Of a DNA stretch of 64,000 nucleotides, positions 12,809 through 26,608 are shown piece by piece (the stretch's first letter is position 1; each line of letters begins with the position of its first letter). The stretch comes from Iphione sp. A-MEVVRFRX5. Taxonomy: Eukaryota. Made by a program: the position numbers and the translations under genes. Location of the stretch: assembly GCA_976226885.1 (NCBI GenBank), contig OZ320316.1:58094001-58158000 (forward strand), written 5' to 3'. The notes below the pieces were generated by a model, which had not been told where the DNA came from, searched no databases, and saw only the letters and a list, made by a program, of their open reading frames with translations.

Positions 12809-15800
12809 AAATGAGAATAATGTAATAGATATGTGTCTAAATAGACCTGTTTAGACCTGTTTTCGGGCTCACTCACAAACACTGCAGTCAGGATCCAGAG
12901 ATAGATGAGGGATACCCTTCATCGCTCTGACATATAGTTGGAGTTTTCTCTTACATAGGCCATACAGAGTGACACTAATGTACAAGGTACATTAGTTTAT
13001 TAATTGTAACGTTCGCACCAAGGCTACTCCAGACATTTCACAGAATAACTCTGTGATCCATGATTGAATGTTTGCTGTGTGGCATTGAGGAGATATTGGG
13101 AGGGATGACATCATTTTGAGGGCAAATGATTTACTTGAACTGCATTTTATTCACATTTATGTTAACACTTAACTGCCCCTACCGTCTGTCATGCTAATCC
13201 TTAATTCCTTCGAGAACCTACACTGTTGACTGGATAATTGAAAAATAAGCTAACTACTAACCCAAGAGTAAATGGACTAATATTTGTTCATGCAGAATAA
13301 ATGATCCAATAAATATTTTGAAACACTGGACATATGTTCCTACAAAGTTTAAATGGGTCATATTTCTCTCTGTTAATAAAACACATTTACATACATGCAC
13401 ATCCTTACCATTATGTTTTATGAACAACTCTCCCGCCATTTACACCAAGCACTTCGTTTAAAGATTACAAACAGAAAGACCTACAGGTTGTGAAAAAAGT
13501 TCGACTTAACTAACTGGCATGTTTTTGTTTTATAAAGCCATACCCTTCATTAAAATGAATCCGGTATCTCTAATTCAAAATCCACCTGCAATATAGGCTG
13601 TGTAATTTACAAGAGGAAGTATGATCAAGCTTAAGGAGCTGCTTTATAATGAGCTGCTCATTTCCAGGCTCATAATTAAGCAAGAAGTAAAGCAGGACGT
13701 GAGCTCCTGTTTCATTGTTGGGGAAGCAATAGACGGATAGCATATACGAAAGAGGTCAGATAGTTCGTGGGGAATGAGTAGGAAAATTACTGATCTTACT
13801 CGAATGAAAATACATGTACTTTAAAGACGTTCGTATACTCATGTACGCATTTCTACATATTTTTTTCCATCAGTAACTGCCCTTGTAATCTGCTGTATAT
13901 TCGTGAAACCAGTGTTGGTAATAACAGCACTTCTCTTATATAAATCGATGAGGCTTTGTTTATAGTAAGCTTTTGTTTAACATTTGTCCATTGCATGTTA
14001 TTTCAAAGGACACCAACATTCTAGAAGTTGAACTGTCACTTTTTATGTAGAATGTTAGTAATATTCATCTGATTAAATTTTTAGCAATACCATGCGTAGG
14101 CTAATATTTGATCATACTCACATGTTTCTTGAAGAATGGGATGCTTTGTCATTTGAAGGTGTATGTTGCCTTGAGTGACAGATAAAAACTTCAGGAAAGT
14201 GTCGACAAGGGAACGCTTTCGGATATATTAATCGCCACCCACGAAGAATATTAAGAGTCCGTTGGCATGCACGCGTTAAGACCATTAATCAGATAGGACC
14301 AATGCATCTAAGCAGCTTTAATTATAAGACTGCCCGGTAAAAATCCTACTGACAGCTTTTGTTTCTGCTCACATCAATCAGACAAACATTGTTAAGCCGC
14401 GCCCGTTCGGGCCCGCCGGAGTCATTTATTTCCCGGCTTCCGAGTAGGCCACAAAGAAAGCTTTGGGTCAGACCTAAGTCAGAGCAATCACTGAACACAT
14501 GGAATTCTGGCTGAGTGGCCGCTCCGGTATCCACGCCTAGATTACTGAACAGTCCCGGGTCTGATCAAGCTGGAGCCCCACTCTGAAACTCGCTAAGCTC
14601 TTATTTATTAAGTGTAATTCGTCTTCATCTCGCAAACATCGCTGGTTCCTCTTTGAGATGCGATAATGTCACTGAACATTTCGTTTAGCTGTATGATTGG
14701 AGATACCTATGGATGAGGTCCATGGCTAAATGGCGAATTATGCTCGTCGGGGTAGACAGAGAACGTGTCTGGGTTATCAACAGGGTTCGATTGGACGACA
14801 AGCGCAATATTCCGCGGGACTACCTACATAGGATCTGCATACACAAGTAAAGAGTTCGTTGAGTAGTATATTTAGTGATCCCTTGTGATATTTTGATCTA
14901 GGCATGATACATGATGGCGGGGTGTATTATCACCGGTCTGCGCCATGTCTCCCTTGGTATTATATAATGGGCCTCCACAGATTCGGGGCACCAAGGTTAT
15001 CCCGCGGTTATCCACTGGTGCCGGACGGGGGGATTATCTCCGGTGGCGGCAGCGCATCCCCCCGAGGTACAAGGGAGCGAACAGTTACGACCTGCCAATG
15101 GGATGTCTTTAATGCGATAAGGATGATTAGAACCTCCGCGTCCAGAGATACAGGCCGTTGGCCACCGACCGGGAGCCATTCCGGTGGCCAGCCTCCCGAA
15201 GACAGCCTAATGAAAATAGTTGCATCTGCGTTTACTATCTCTCCCAGCCTTCAATTCGCTATTGTTTACCCCTTGATTTAATAGTACACCCTCTGTACAA
15301 GGATAACGTTCGCACTCTTCCCACTCCACCGTAAAGTTAGCTAATTATTCAAAGTGAACTTATCTCTTCTCGCCCTACATATGGAGGGAGTAGATAAGAC
15401 GCAAAGCTCTTTGTGTTGGATTCTTTTTTGCTGCATGGTTTTGAGAGAGATTGAGCGGTATTTCCTCCAGCTTTTCTATTTTGGCCGTGTTTAAAGTACC
15501 GACAAAAACCTATTTTTCTATCTAGAAAAGCCTTGTCTGGTACACTGTTGTTTTTGGAGGATGCACAGGACACTAGTCATGGTAACGAGATTGTTTGGAA
15601 GAACCAGGCGTGATTTAATCAATCTTTGGTCAGAGAGTCAACTTGTGTAGCCGCTGGGGGTCTCCCATGATGGTACTGCCAGACGCCTGGGGGGCACTTA
15701 CAGCATTTGCTCCATCACGTGCAACTACATAGTTGCGTCTACACCGCTACCTGGTGGGTAGTGGTTGGTATGATTCGTCCCCTATAAAGCTCAAGTATTT

Positions 15801-17347
15801 AATGTCTGGTTTCCATCAGAGCAACAGCCTACGGATTATTCTGGGTTCAATACTTGTTCAGATGTATCGCAGGTTGTTTTTTGTGCTGTTATGTTCACGC
15901 GGTGAGCTGATCATCACGAATAGGATGGTGCAAAAGCCAAGGTAATGTCCTCACATCACTGCAGCATCCATTCTACTCGATTTCTGCTTCATGTGGACTC
16001 CCAATAATAAGTGTCTGATCCCGAGTGGTCATTACGCTAGAATGTTATCAATAGTTATGCACAAGGCGGTCAATGGCGTCTCGCAGAGTATACATGTATA
16101 GCGCTGGGTTAATGAAGTGGAAATGTGTTTCACTCCCCGGTAATGGTGGTCATCGTCCTAAGGCGGCAATTTTGCTGTGGTGCGACGCAACGTAATCTTC
16201 GGTAACCTACATCGCATTGTTTAAAAATTGACGATATCTGTAATTTGGTGAATGTGATTTTATTGAAACTTCTTAAGCTCGAACGGATAAAAGTTGGACA
16301 GGTCCAGTTCCTCTCAGTTAGTCTGAGTGAGAAATCAATGGACTACGAGATGTGGTTTTAGAGTTATATAAATGCTAAATAAATGACAACCTCTCTGAGT
16401 GGCTTTTGAAAGCAAATTAGCAAACGCATTAGCATTTAGGATTTAGGTGAAGTATGGCTTACAGAAAAAAATTATAGATATGACTATCTAAGTTCGTGTA
16501 TATGTACACATATATGCAGATATGCATGCATATCTACTTACATGGTATGCATAGGTCATACGGCGAACTCACATATTAACAAGTAGATTTAGATATTACG
16601 GACTCATATGCAATACTGCCACGTGCTACACGTCCAACCCAAGCCAGAACTGTTCCGAATGGTTCACCTAAGTTCATCAGTGTAGTCTATTTTTTAGGGA
16701 CTCCCCTAGGAGACTAAACGTTGACCTTGAAATCTGATTTATTACCTGCCTCTAACGCCACCAACTCTGCGGAACATTGTTTCCCCTGGCGACCTCTATC
16801 TAATGAAAGTAAATGCAGAGGGTGCAGCGGTATATGTGTGTGATGAATATAGCACATTGCGGAGAATGGCGTTCATTTGATACCCGGAGCTAGCCCAATT
16901 ATCGGGGTGAGACGGCTATAATTTATTGCTTACTGAGAGGTCTTACGGACCGTCTCTGCTTCGGTTCATCGGAGGCGGTTGTTTGTGGCACATGGGCCCA
17001 TGCATAGAGACAGGTCGCTCATGGATCAGCTCAACCATAAAATGCCTCTCCGGTCGGGTCAGGCACATGAAAGTGAGACCCATGTGACCGCTATTTGAGC
17101 GCTGATTGGCGCGGCAGGGATCCCTGCAATGTTGGACCATTACTTTGAGCAGCCTCGCCTGTCCCTCTCCAGCTCCTATGGAATGGCTTGGGTACCCAAC
17201 TATTGCCTATAATTAGGTGGCACTGATGCAGGGAATCCAGACAGGGACAATTTTTTGCACATGGGTCAGCCAAATCCCAGGCTGTTCACCCATAAATGAC
17301 CAAGGTAATAGATGATTATTAGACTCTTCTGTTGGCATTTTAAAATC

Positions 17348-17500
17348 GCCCGAGTAGGTACTGATGGCCTCTGTAAGCTCTATTTATAACTTGAAAATGC
17401 ATTAATAATTAAACATTATTTGACTGAGAAATATCACAATGTTTTGTCCTTACATTATTGTCAAGGAAAACATGTTTCTAGAGCCCGTGATAAATTCGTC
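17348..17500 (+). mobile_element. hAT-like transposase remnant
   Basis: RVGTDG...LTEKYHNVLSLHYCQGKHVSRARD resembles the hAT TDG...(L/I)HC-x2-H-x3-A segment with similar spacing. One in-frame stop. Confidence 0.33.
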
Positions 17501-20500
17501 ACTCTTTCAGGCGATCTATTTATTGTTACTTAAAAGGCTGTCCTCCTCAGTTTTCTGTAAGATGAGCAGCTAGTTACGGTTACCAACACTTTACTGGAAT
17601 GTATTCACGATGATCAGGTGTCCGAGAAAAAAGGTCGCTGCAGTATGAAGGTCCAAAGATCAATGAAGTACCAAAATAAGATGAAAAATTACCATCGAAA
17701 AACATTCGTTTTCCTATACTACTTACGCCAGCTTTGAAAATGTCTTTTCATTAACTATGGCTGACACAATCCAAATAGCTTTATCTTTGATGTGAAATGC
17801 GGGCATAAGTTTTCAATAAAATTTATGGGAATGGATACATAATTAAATTTCAAAATTGACCGTTTCGTTTTGAAGTGGCTCCCATATCACGTTCAATAAG
17901 AGTTAAGAAAAACTTACGCTGCTGAAGAAGTCAAAGCATGCGAGAGTAACCTAAAAAGCTTTTAATTTTGTGTAGATCGACTGCAAATGTGAAACACTTG
18001 CACCATGACATCATGACAAAGGGCTACAAACAGGCTGCCTGAGACAGCAGTCTGTCGAGTTAATATTCTTTCAAGCGAGGTAATAGCGATCAAAGAGTTT
18101 TTTAAAAGATGTTTTGCACACGTTTTCTCTTATTGTTTGCATTTGTAAAGACTCTCACGCTAGTAAACCTTACACCTGGGACTTTGCACACATGTTTCAG
18201 ATAAGGACTACTTTTGTGTTTGATACACATGAAATGCATTTACCCTTGGCTTGGGTCAATAGTAATACAGCATCACGGCAGCTTTCGTGACACTAACGGA
18301 GTTTGACTTTGCGTCATGAAAGAATGCATTTCCACATTTTTATCATACAAGTAGGTATTTGCTTTTTGTCCAAGCTGAGAAAACAATACCCTTTATGTTT
18401 GCATAAATGTATAAATATTCTACACGTCTAGCCAGCGGCTTAGCCGTGAACTAAGTGGTAGAGAGGAAGCAATCCATCACTGGGTGGTGCTGTACTCGGT
18501 ACCCCAACCTAGAGGAAATACTTCTCGAGTCCGCCAGGCAAGGGCAGCGTTAAATTAAGACAGCAGGATAAAGTGATGCGGTCAAGGCTTACAGGTATGG
18601 ACGGAACAGCTCATCAAGACGCTGTTTTGTGCGTGGCCTGATTGACCCGTCTGACGGCTGTGTGAGCCGCTCGGCCGACGGGGACTGCTCGCCTATTGGC
18701 AGCAAACTTCATCCGCGCGCCCAATCACGACAGGCACTCGGCTATACATGATGCAGAGGCTGGGCCTGAGGGACCGGGCCGTGCCACTCTAACCCTGCCA
18801 GCGCCTGGCCCGTCTGGGACTGTTTAATCAGGGTTTGAAAAACACCTTGTCCGGATTAATGTCCCCCGTGTCTTGCACACGCCCAGAATACTGATAGTCG
18901 CAGACATCACCGTTAGTTGGGGATAGAGGAAATCTATTGTGGACAGAAACGTCCCCTGACCGTGAACAAAGCACCTGGAGCCGGATCATATGTCCCACAT
19001 TGAACTTTACTTACAAGCTGACTGCCTTGTGTCCATGAAGCTGAACTTTTTCACTGTCTCCCAGTGACTGCGCCGTATTCCTATCATTCAGGAGAAGTGG
19101 ACGAAATATATTCGGTTCCAGATCACAGGAAATTAGAATATATCAATGTATCATATGTTATTACGCTACTATAGCGTGAAGGCCCAGACTATTCCACAGC
19201 ATTTCTTTTACCGCTGAAAATATGTCGCCCCCAGTCAGGCCCGGACTGATATTTCTTACTGATTTGTTGACTATTTGATGTTATATTTTTTCTATGCGTC
19301 AGTTAAATCCCCTTACTAGTAAACTATTTTTTTAATTCATGATAGCAATCCTTCCTTAATCCTGATGGCAAGCGGGTCATCAATTTCTCATACTGAGCCA
19401 ACTTTTACGTGTATACTGGGATATCAGTAAATGATTGTCGTCCAAGGCAGATCTTGCAAAAGTAATCACTGGTCTAATGGCGGTATTGATATCAGCCTCA
19501 TATCGGACTTACAATGGCTTTCTCACAGGGCTCCATGTGTGCATCAAGTCATTTATATATACATAATTTTCGAGAGTTTGTAAGATTTCTGCAAAAACGT
19601 CCCAGCTATTAAAAGACATGCAAAATAATACGAATGATCGTCTCAATCACCGCAGATTCCCTCAACAACAACTGGAAAGTCAATGAGCCGATGTTTATCC
19701 TCTTTATTTATGGTTTTGCCATTAAATGAACGTGAAGCAATAAAGCTCTGCGGAGTAAAAATGTAGTCGTGAAGGCCACCCTTGAATAATCACTATTTGA
19801 GCTTTTCGGATCCGCACAAACTATGACTGAATGTGTGATCCATTCTAAACAGGGATAAATACCTGTGACAGATGAATGGTTTCACAGATGACGAGAGATA
19901 ACCCACAGCTCTTTACCGGTAAGCCATTTGTAAATCAAATTACCTTTTACAAATGTAAGCTGGATTGACCAATGGCACCCGACTTATCGCAAAGCCTTTC
20001 TTACTAAACAGACTGGATATTCAGATGAATTGCCAAAACGTACAGGGATTAGTCATTCCGGGCCGAGGAAGATCCAAGCTCAGCTTTCATATTATAGAAA
20101 TTATTCCTTTGGCTATAAAAGGTCTTGGTGTCCCGTGATCCACTTAAGAAGGGCACAGAATAATAAACGGCCCTCTTTCTTGTCTTACACTGAATTATAA
20201 ACGTACGTGTTTGCTTGTGTTAGACGCTGCTTCATGCAAGACGTAGGCCCGCTTCTGACGAAGACGAAGTTAAGCCGTGTAGGGTGTATCCCCGTGCTGG
20301 TTTGCTAAGGGTCCATCAGTCTTGAGACTTAGGACAAGCGATTGTCCGCCCTGATCTTGTCTGGGATGCTTTACAGCGTGCGCTACTATATTAAACAAAT
20401 TCTTCACACAATTAGTCAACCTCTCCATCACTGCCGGGTCTCAGGTTAAGTCTTCCAACTAACCCAACACAACGACCAGTAACGACATAGGCAAAGTTAC

Positions 20501-23500
20501 CCGTCGACATCTTCAAACCATAATGGCCCTTTTCTCCCCTAACTGACTTCATTAGGGCAATCTCTCTGAGTGCTATTCACTACACAAGCAACTTTCACAC
20601 CACATTGATCAAAAGCACAGCTCGTTACCTCCTAACCATGGGTTAACCCCATCATTATATCGTCTCGCAGGTCTGTGTTCTGACCCCTGTGAAAGTTTAA
20701 AAAAGAAGCATTTTCTCGTGTTCTTCTTGGCGGGGGTCTATTTTTAAAGGCAATCGGTGGCCGTAATGAATAGCGATGTTATATGACCCTGGCTTCTGCT
20801 CGGCGCTTGACAGCAAGGGAAAGGTCTTGCGCCAATAGGATTAGGATACATGGCGAGTCTTGCCGGGCCTTGACGATTGTGTGCTAGCAGTGCGCTCCGG
20901 CGCCTGGTGGCGTAATTAGCCGGCCGGGTCGGGCCCACCAGGCGCCCGTACTGCCCTGCTTGTCATGCAGTGCACGTGGACACAACCGGCCCGATTCGCA
21001 CAAACGCGACGGCTGCACCACTACCGTTGGTTACTTGTCAAACATTGTAATCAACTGCCTTATGACTTCGTCGCCGATGCCTCACGCTGAGCACGAGCTA
21101 TTCCGGGGAGTGTTACATTTCACGGTCATGACAGTTTGGCCTGGCATGCCAGCCTCATCGCATTGCATATGAAGGTAACGGATTTTCCCTAGCAAGAACT
21201 GCCAACCTTCGCCTTACTTTCACCTGATTGCTCTTTGTACGCCGTGGTGGGATAAGACCAAAAAGGGTAGATCGTAGCCTAACCTGCCCAGGATGCCTGT
21301 GTTCTGCAGCCGCGAGTCTAATCAGTAATCGTGCTCTAAAATGAGTATTGCTCCAGTGAGATGCATTAGACGGCGCAGCCGCGCCCCGCACAATGCAAAT
21401 ACCGCCTTTGGCTTTCCCTTATCAACGTCGAGAGGCAGCTAGTACCTGACGAGGTAGATAAATCCAGTTGAGCTCAATCACTGAAGAAAATAGAAAGGAG
21501 AAATGGTAAATAGATGAGAGATTGCTACGAGCAGGCCAAAGTGCAAAGGCTTGTTCAGCCTTCCAAGGCGCAGTGTCCGGGGCGTAGGCTTACACCCCGA
21601 GAAGACGAAAACATGAGCGTTATTAAGGAAGTCGTGTTAGCAAGGGGTCAGCCTCTTGGAGTCAATAAAGTGACAGTAGTCAATTGCAACCTGGTAGCAC
21701 CCCATGTCTCTCACGGGTCGATGTGGGCCACCAGGTGAAGGAAGGCGTGGAACTGTCTTACTCTGTCTCTATGTGTCCCATACTCACAGGGCCTTCTAGT
21801 GTGTGAGGACTGCCTGACTAGTTTCTATGGCCTTCTTCCAGCAGGCCATCGGGTGATAACCTACAGCATTCACTATCTGTCAAACGAACCCGTCGAACCT
21901 CCGAAGAGTTGCTCAGACTGCTTTTGTCAGCTGCCTTATCACAGCAGGCCAGTTTCCTGAGCGCTGCCTCTCTAAAGAGCCCAAGCATCCGACCATCGGC
22001 TGATGCCTTCAGAGGTTATTGCTTCTCATAGGGACACTGGCCATTGACTGCCGCACTCAAGCCTGCCATCAGCTTCTCTGGAAAGGCGATCCCTCTTTCT
22101 ACTGCTGCGTTATCTACCAAAGTCTCTGTCAGGAGCTGGTTTCCATAAGAGGACCCACCGCAGCAGTGGGAACCACTGCTAATGAAAGTGAGCATTCCGA
22201 TCCGTTGTTTTCCTATTTTCCATTCTATGAAGCTCCGGAAGTGTGAATGGTAGGCAGAAGCCGAAAGGATTAAATGGATTGACTGCACTTAATTAAACGC
22301 TGTGCACCATCGGCTTACCTACGAACCTACAAAATATATAGGTTTCCACCAATAACATGATTGTTGGATGATTTAAATATTAATTAGCCTTGTCAACATT
22401 GTAAATCTTGAACCATTATCTTTTACCATGCAGATGTATGTGCATGCATACCTATTTTCACATATGATTAGAAACTCCATACCCACGCCCATGTATTGAA
22501 TATTGACACGTTTTAGACATGTACCATGCCAATTTGCTGATCTTTATTTCCTTTTATGCATTCTAACATTTCAGTATACAAAATGAGGAATAAAATATGC
22601 CACCAATCAGAGTGACTTAAATGACTGTATATATGTGTTCGTGATTATATGTAAAGCAGCCTCACAGTAATCAAGCTAAGACACATTTGAGAAAAAAAAC
22701 AAGTTTATGTTATTCTAATGCTAACATTGATTTTGTTACTAATACCCAGACTATCTAACTTGACAGGAAACGGGTCTGTCTTTTGTGTGTGCAATCGAGA
22801 AATTGAGGACGATTAGGGGAAATAGGAAAGGTTAACGGGTCAATAGACTAGGAGAAGAGACAAAATTAGTGTGGGCAGAGAGGCTGGTTTGCACACAAAC
22901 TGTCATGACTAACAAGCAGGCACTATTCGTACGTTTGGTGTCCTCCTTCGAGGTCCTATTGGGCAGTAAGCACCGGGTACCAGACTGTTATCAAACTGTA
23001 ACATAATGTTAGGAGTAGCCAGGAAAGTTTGTCGTGTCGCATAATTTTTTGCTGAATCCATATTTGACATATGCAACATTATCCTATAAAACCTACGTGT
23101 GTTTTGCGTTATTTTGATGTCATTCTATCGACATAAATAACAGAAAATAGAGAACTCCTATCGACCTACGATGGTCTCAAGGGTTAAATAAATGGATGAA
23201 AAATCTTTCTTTTAATGGTTGTTAATACACCGGAAGTCCAGCTTAGAAAAATATCACATCTTCCATTCTAGGACAATCAAAGGCTATTATCCTGCCTACT
23301 GTAGCACCATTAGAGGCTATAATTTGTTTTTTTCTCTAATTTAGTTCCATTACATACATGGTTAAGCCTTCTCACTACAGCAGACTAAAACATATGACTG
23401 TACCGAAACATGCCCGATCACGTGTGGCCTCTTAAAGAAGACTGTATCCCTTTACTCAACATATGACAATAATCGCATTTCCTTTCTAGTCGTGTTGCCT

Positions 23501-23978
23501 AGGAAGCCGGCTTCATATAGGCTCTCTTTTCTGTTGCTTTGGCCTATGGTGCATTTACGGATGGAAAGACAAACAGGCCTGGACACCAAAGGTGACTGGC
23601 GGTTAATGCCTACACACATCCACCAGCTTATGTCGTGCCCTCCAAACACGTCTCTCATATGTGACCTTCCGAGAAGCAGCGTTTTCTCTGCCGGTGATTC
23701 CTGCTGAAGTAAGGCGGCTTGCAGGCGAGTGAGCTAACCGCGTGATAAAATACTTGATAAACGCGTTGTATGACATCGGAAACTTTCCCTTGTATATTAT
23801 TCCTTTTCGTGTCGTCGCACGCAATGAGCCCTTGTGCTCCGTAATTTTCATCCTCCTCCTGTTTTCCACCCCTAATTCAAATATACTGACATCATGCCGC
23901 TCGGTAATGATACAAAGCACGCACGAATATATCTACAGGAAAGAACATTATACATAGCAAGTCCTCTCTCCCACTCTC

Positions 23979-23982
<4 letters not shown>

Positions 23983-24059
<77 letters not shown>
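23983..24059. repeat. (TC)n/(GA)n microsatellite
   Basis: Nearly pure TC dinucleotide run of about 77 bp, directly visible. Confidence 0.98.
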
Positions 24060-26608
24060 GTGAACCGACGGGTGCACCTCTTGCTGAAACACTAAATGAA
24101 GCCCCGACGTTCGTAACGTCTAAACAAAGGTGACTCCACAATACTTGCGAAGAAGGCAATAATGAAATCTCCTGTGGCAGTAGGAATTATAGGACCAAAT
24201 GGTACCCATTTGTCAAGCTGCAAGAACGCTGGAGAAACAACCAATTTAGTCTGTAATAGCATGTATACATCGTGGCGAGACGCCGCGCGGGCTGGACCCG
24301 GCAGTTGCCCACAAAGACCGATATCCGGACACTTATTCCTGCCAGGCTGTGAGGGGGATAGGGTGGTTTCTCATTAGAAGCCGAGTGGCTGACGCGACGC
24401 CATGGAAGTCATACGTCATCATTACGCGAACAATATGATAAAACAATACCACAAAGCGGATCGCGGCCCAGCGCCCGCTACCTGCGACGTCACATCGCTT
24501 GACGACTTGCCGGCGAGCGGTCATAAATCTGGCGCAATTATCGTCGATGTATCGTTACAGTGGCTTCTTCACCCATGCCGGAATGCGTCTTCATTATCGG
24601 TTCTCGCCATTTGACGTAGCGCGGGGGGTCATCATCAGTCAGACTACAACCATGTTGTCACATCTCTATCAGTGAACCACCCATGTTATTGCGATAATGG
24701 GGGGCCGCATCATCGGTGACCTTTCTACATTGAATGCATACTTGAACGAAAAAGCTTTTCCTACTTTGTTATCTGCTCTAAATATAATTATATGTATAAC
24801 ACTGGGGGGTGTAGAAATATAGGCGGAGATTCGTATCTGCAAATGTATGTTCAACAGGCGCGAGATGCTTTCCTTGAAACTGTTCACCTTCACTATTAAT
24901 GAACCAGTTTGCTCGCGGGTAGGTGTAATCTTTCACTTTCAGACAGTATGACATTGCGCGTCTCTATATATGCATTGCGATATTCTCTGTCCTCGATATA
25001 ATAAGTCAACGAATGTGCAGGTGACTTTTTTGTCAGCCTGCGTCTAAAGTCTCCTTGATACCTATTCGTCTTGTCAATCGTCAGAATAAGGTTAGAAGGT
25101 TTAATGAATAAACATGTGCTCCCATATTTTAAAGAGACCCTTCGTCTGTAATGTTTTATTATCAATCACGACCATTCCAATCTGTATTTTTTAGTGGCCA
25201 TGTACCTATGGCAGGTTAAAGCATAAGACCTGTAAAAGATAGAAACGTCATTATTGAATAACGGGGATACTCCGGATTTATGGCATTTTATGATGGTTCT
25301 GAAATAAGTAAAAGAACTTCCAACAAGATCAACGTTGGATAGAAAAAAACTTAAATGGTACTACGTAAAGAAAGGCTCGACGGTTTTTTTGCATAGAATA
25401 TAACATGACAGTTACTGCTACATGTGATTGCCAGCATATCCTGAAAGATGGTTCACGAAATATTCAAGTGTACACTTTGAAATAAAATCTATTGGGAATA
25501 AATGTCCCCATTACAAATCTGTGACAGCATTTAGATTACAAAGACACTCCCTTTCAGAAACATGATAAACAGAACATAAGACAGATTGCTGAGAGGCTTG
25601 AACAAAGTCCATCCTCCACTAGTCGCGGATTGCTAGAATAACATAAACACTTCTTTATTTATCTTCATTAAATCTAAAGTTGTAATCCACAAATGTAACA
25701 CCAGTTCCAAATTCTTCAACCACCACTGGAGTAATAGGATGTTGGCAAAGGTCAGGAGATGTTTGGGTCTTCATTATGCTGGTCAGGCACTAAGATTTGT
25801 TTGATAGCCTGACTTCTGGAGAACATAACAATAAAGGTCTGGAGTAAATATGAAAACGAGTTATATGATGATGGAGTATTCTAGTCCTGTATCCATAGCT
25901 ACAGCTCATATTTACCAACACTTGTCTTCCCTCCTTAAGTCCACCCATGAAGTTTTAAAAACTATATCAGTACACAATTCCTACTTTAGAAGCCCAAAAC
26001 AACTTATTAGGTTAAAAACCTGTTATAACTTTCTAAATCGAAGCAAAAACAATTCGAAATCATATTTTCCAGCTCCTTTCTACTTTTGCCAAGAGGTGTG
26101 TGACAGTAACATTATATTGAAATGAAAATGAAATATTTATTGCGTTTCTCCGTTTACATACACAGAGTTGTACTGGCAATATTTGAGTAATTAAAGTCCC
26201 TCGGTTTCTACAGTATTATGAATTATACTTAAACTTTAACACAGTTATCAAGAGGCAATTTATTAAATGGATAACTTAGGTTTGTAAGAAAGGTATTTCT
26301 GCAATTATCGGTTACATTGTGCCATGTATACTTAGGATTCGTAACTAACTTTTAAAAGTTAATCACCTGGGTCAAGATTGGAAATGTTTGAGCTTATGCC
26401 AGTTTGTCTTTAGCCCCAGGCTTATTTGAATATAAATCATGTTGACCACATGGGTTAAAATCATTACATTTGGGGTCAAATAACCGACCCACACCCAAAA
26501 GGGTTTACCATTTGGATACTTGCTGAGTGTGATTCCATTTCATTTGATCCAATGGCCCCACTAAATAGCAACCATCCTAGCAACGAATAAACATCTCACT
26601 AATTATCA

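Noticed and set aside
15159-15197. 9-bp stem with a possible 5-bp pseudoknot; similar 8-9-bp stems at 33921, 42892, 51701, 61102 and 63660
   Set aside because: Stems of this length are expected several times by chance in 64 kb, and there is no functional context.
19930-20140. KKGF-containing segment resembling a Harbinger/ISL2EU DDE transposase (minus strand)
   Set aside because: Catalytic D is absent, there are several stops, and downstream motifs are not in a consistent frame.
23872-24159. ORFs with (ER)n or (SL)n tracts
   Set aside because: They are translation artefacts of the (TC)n microsatellite.
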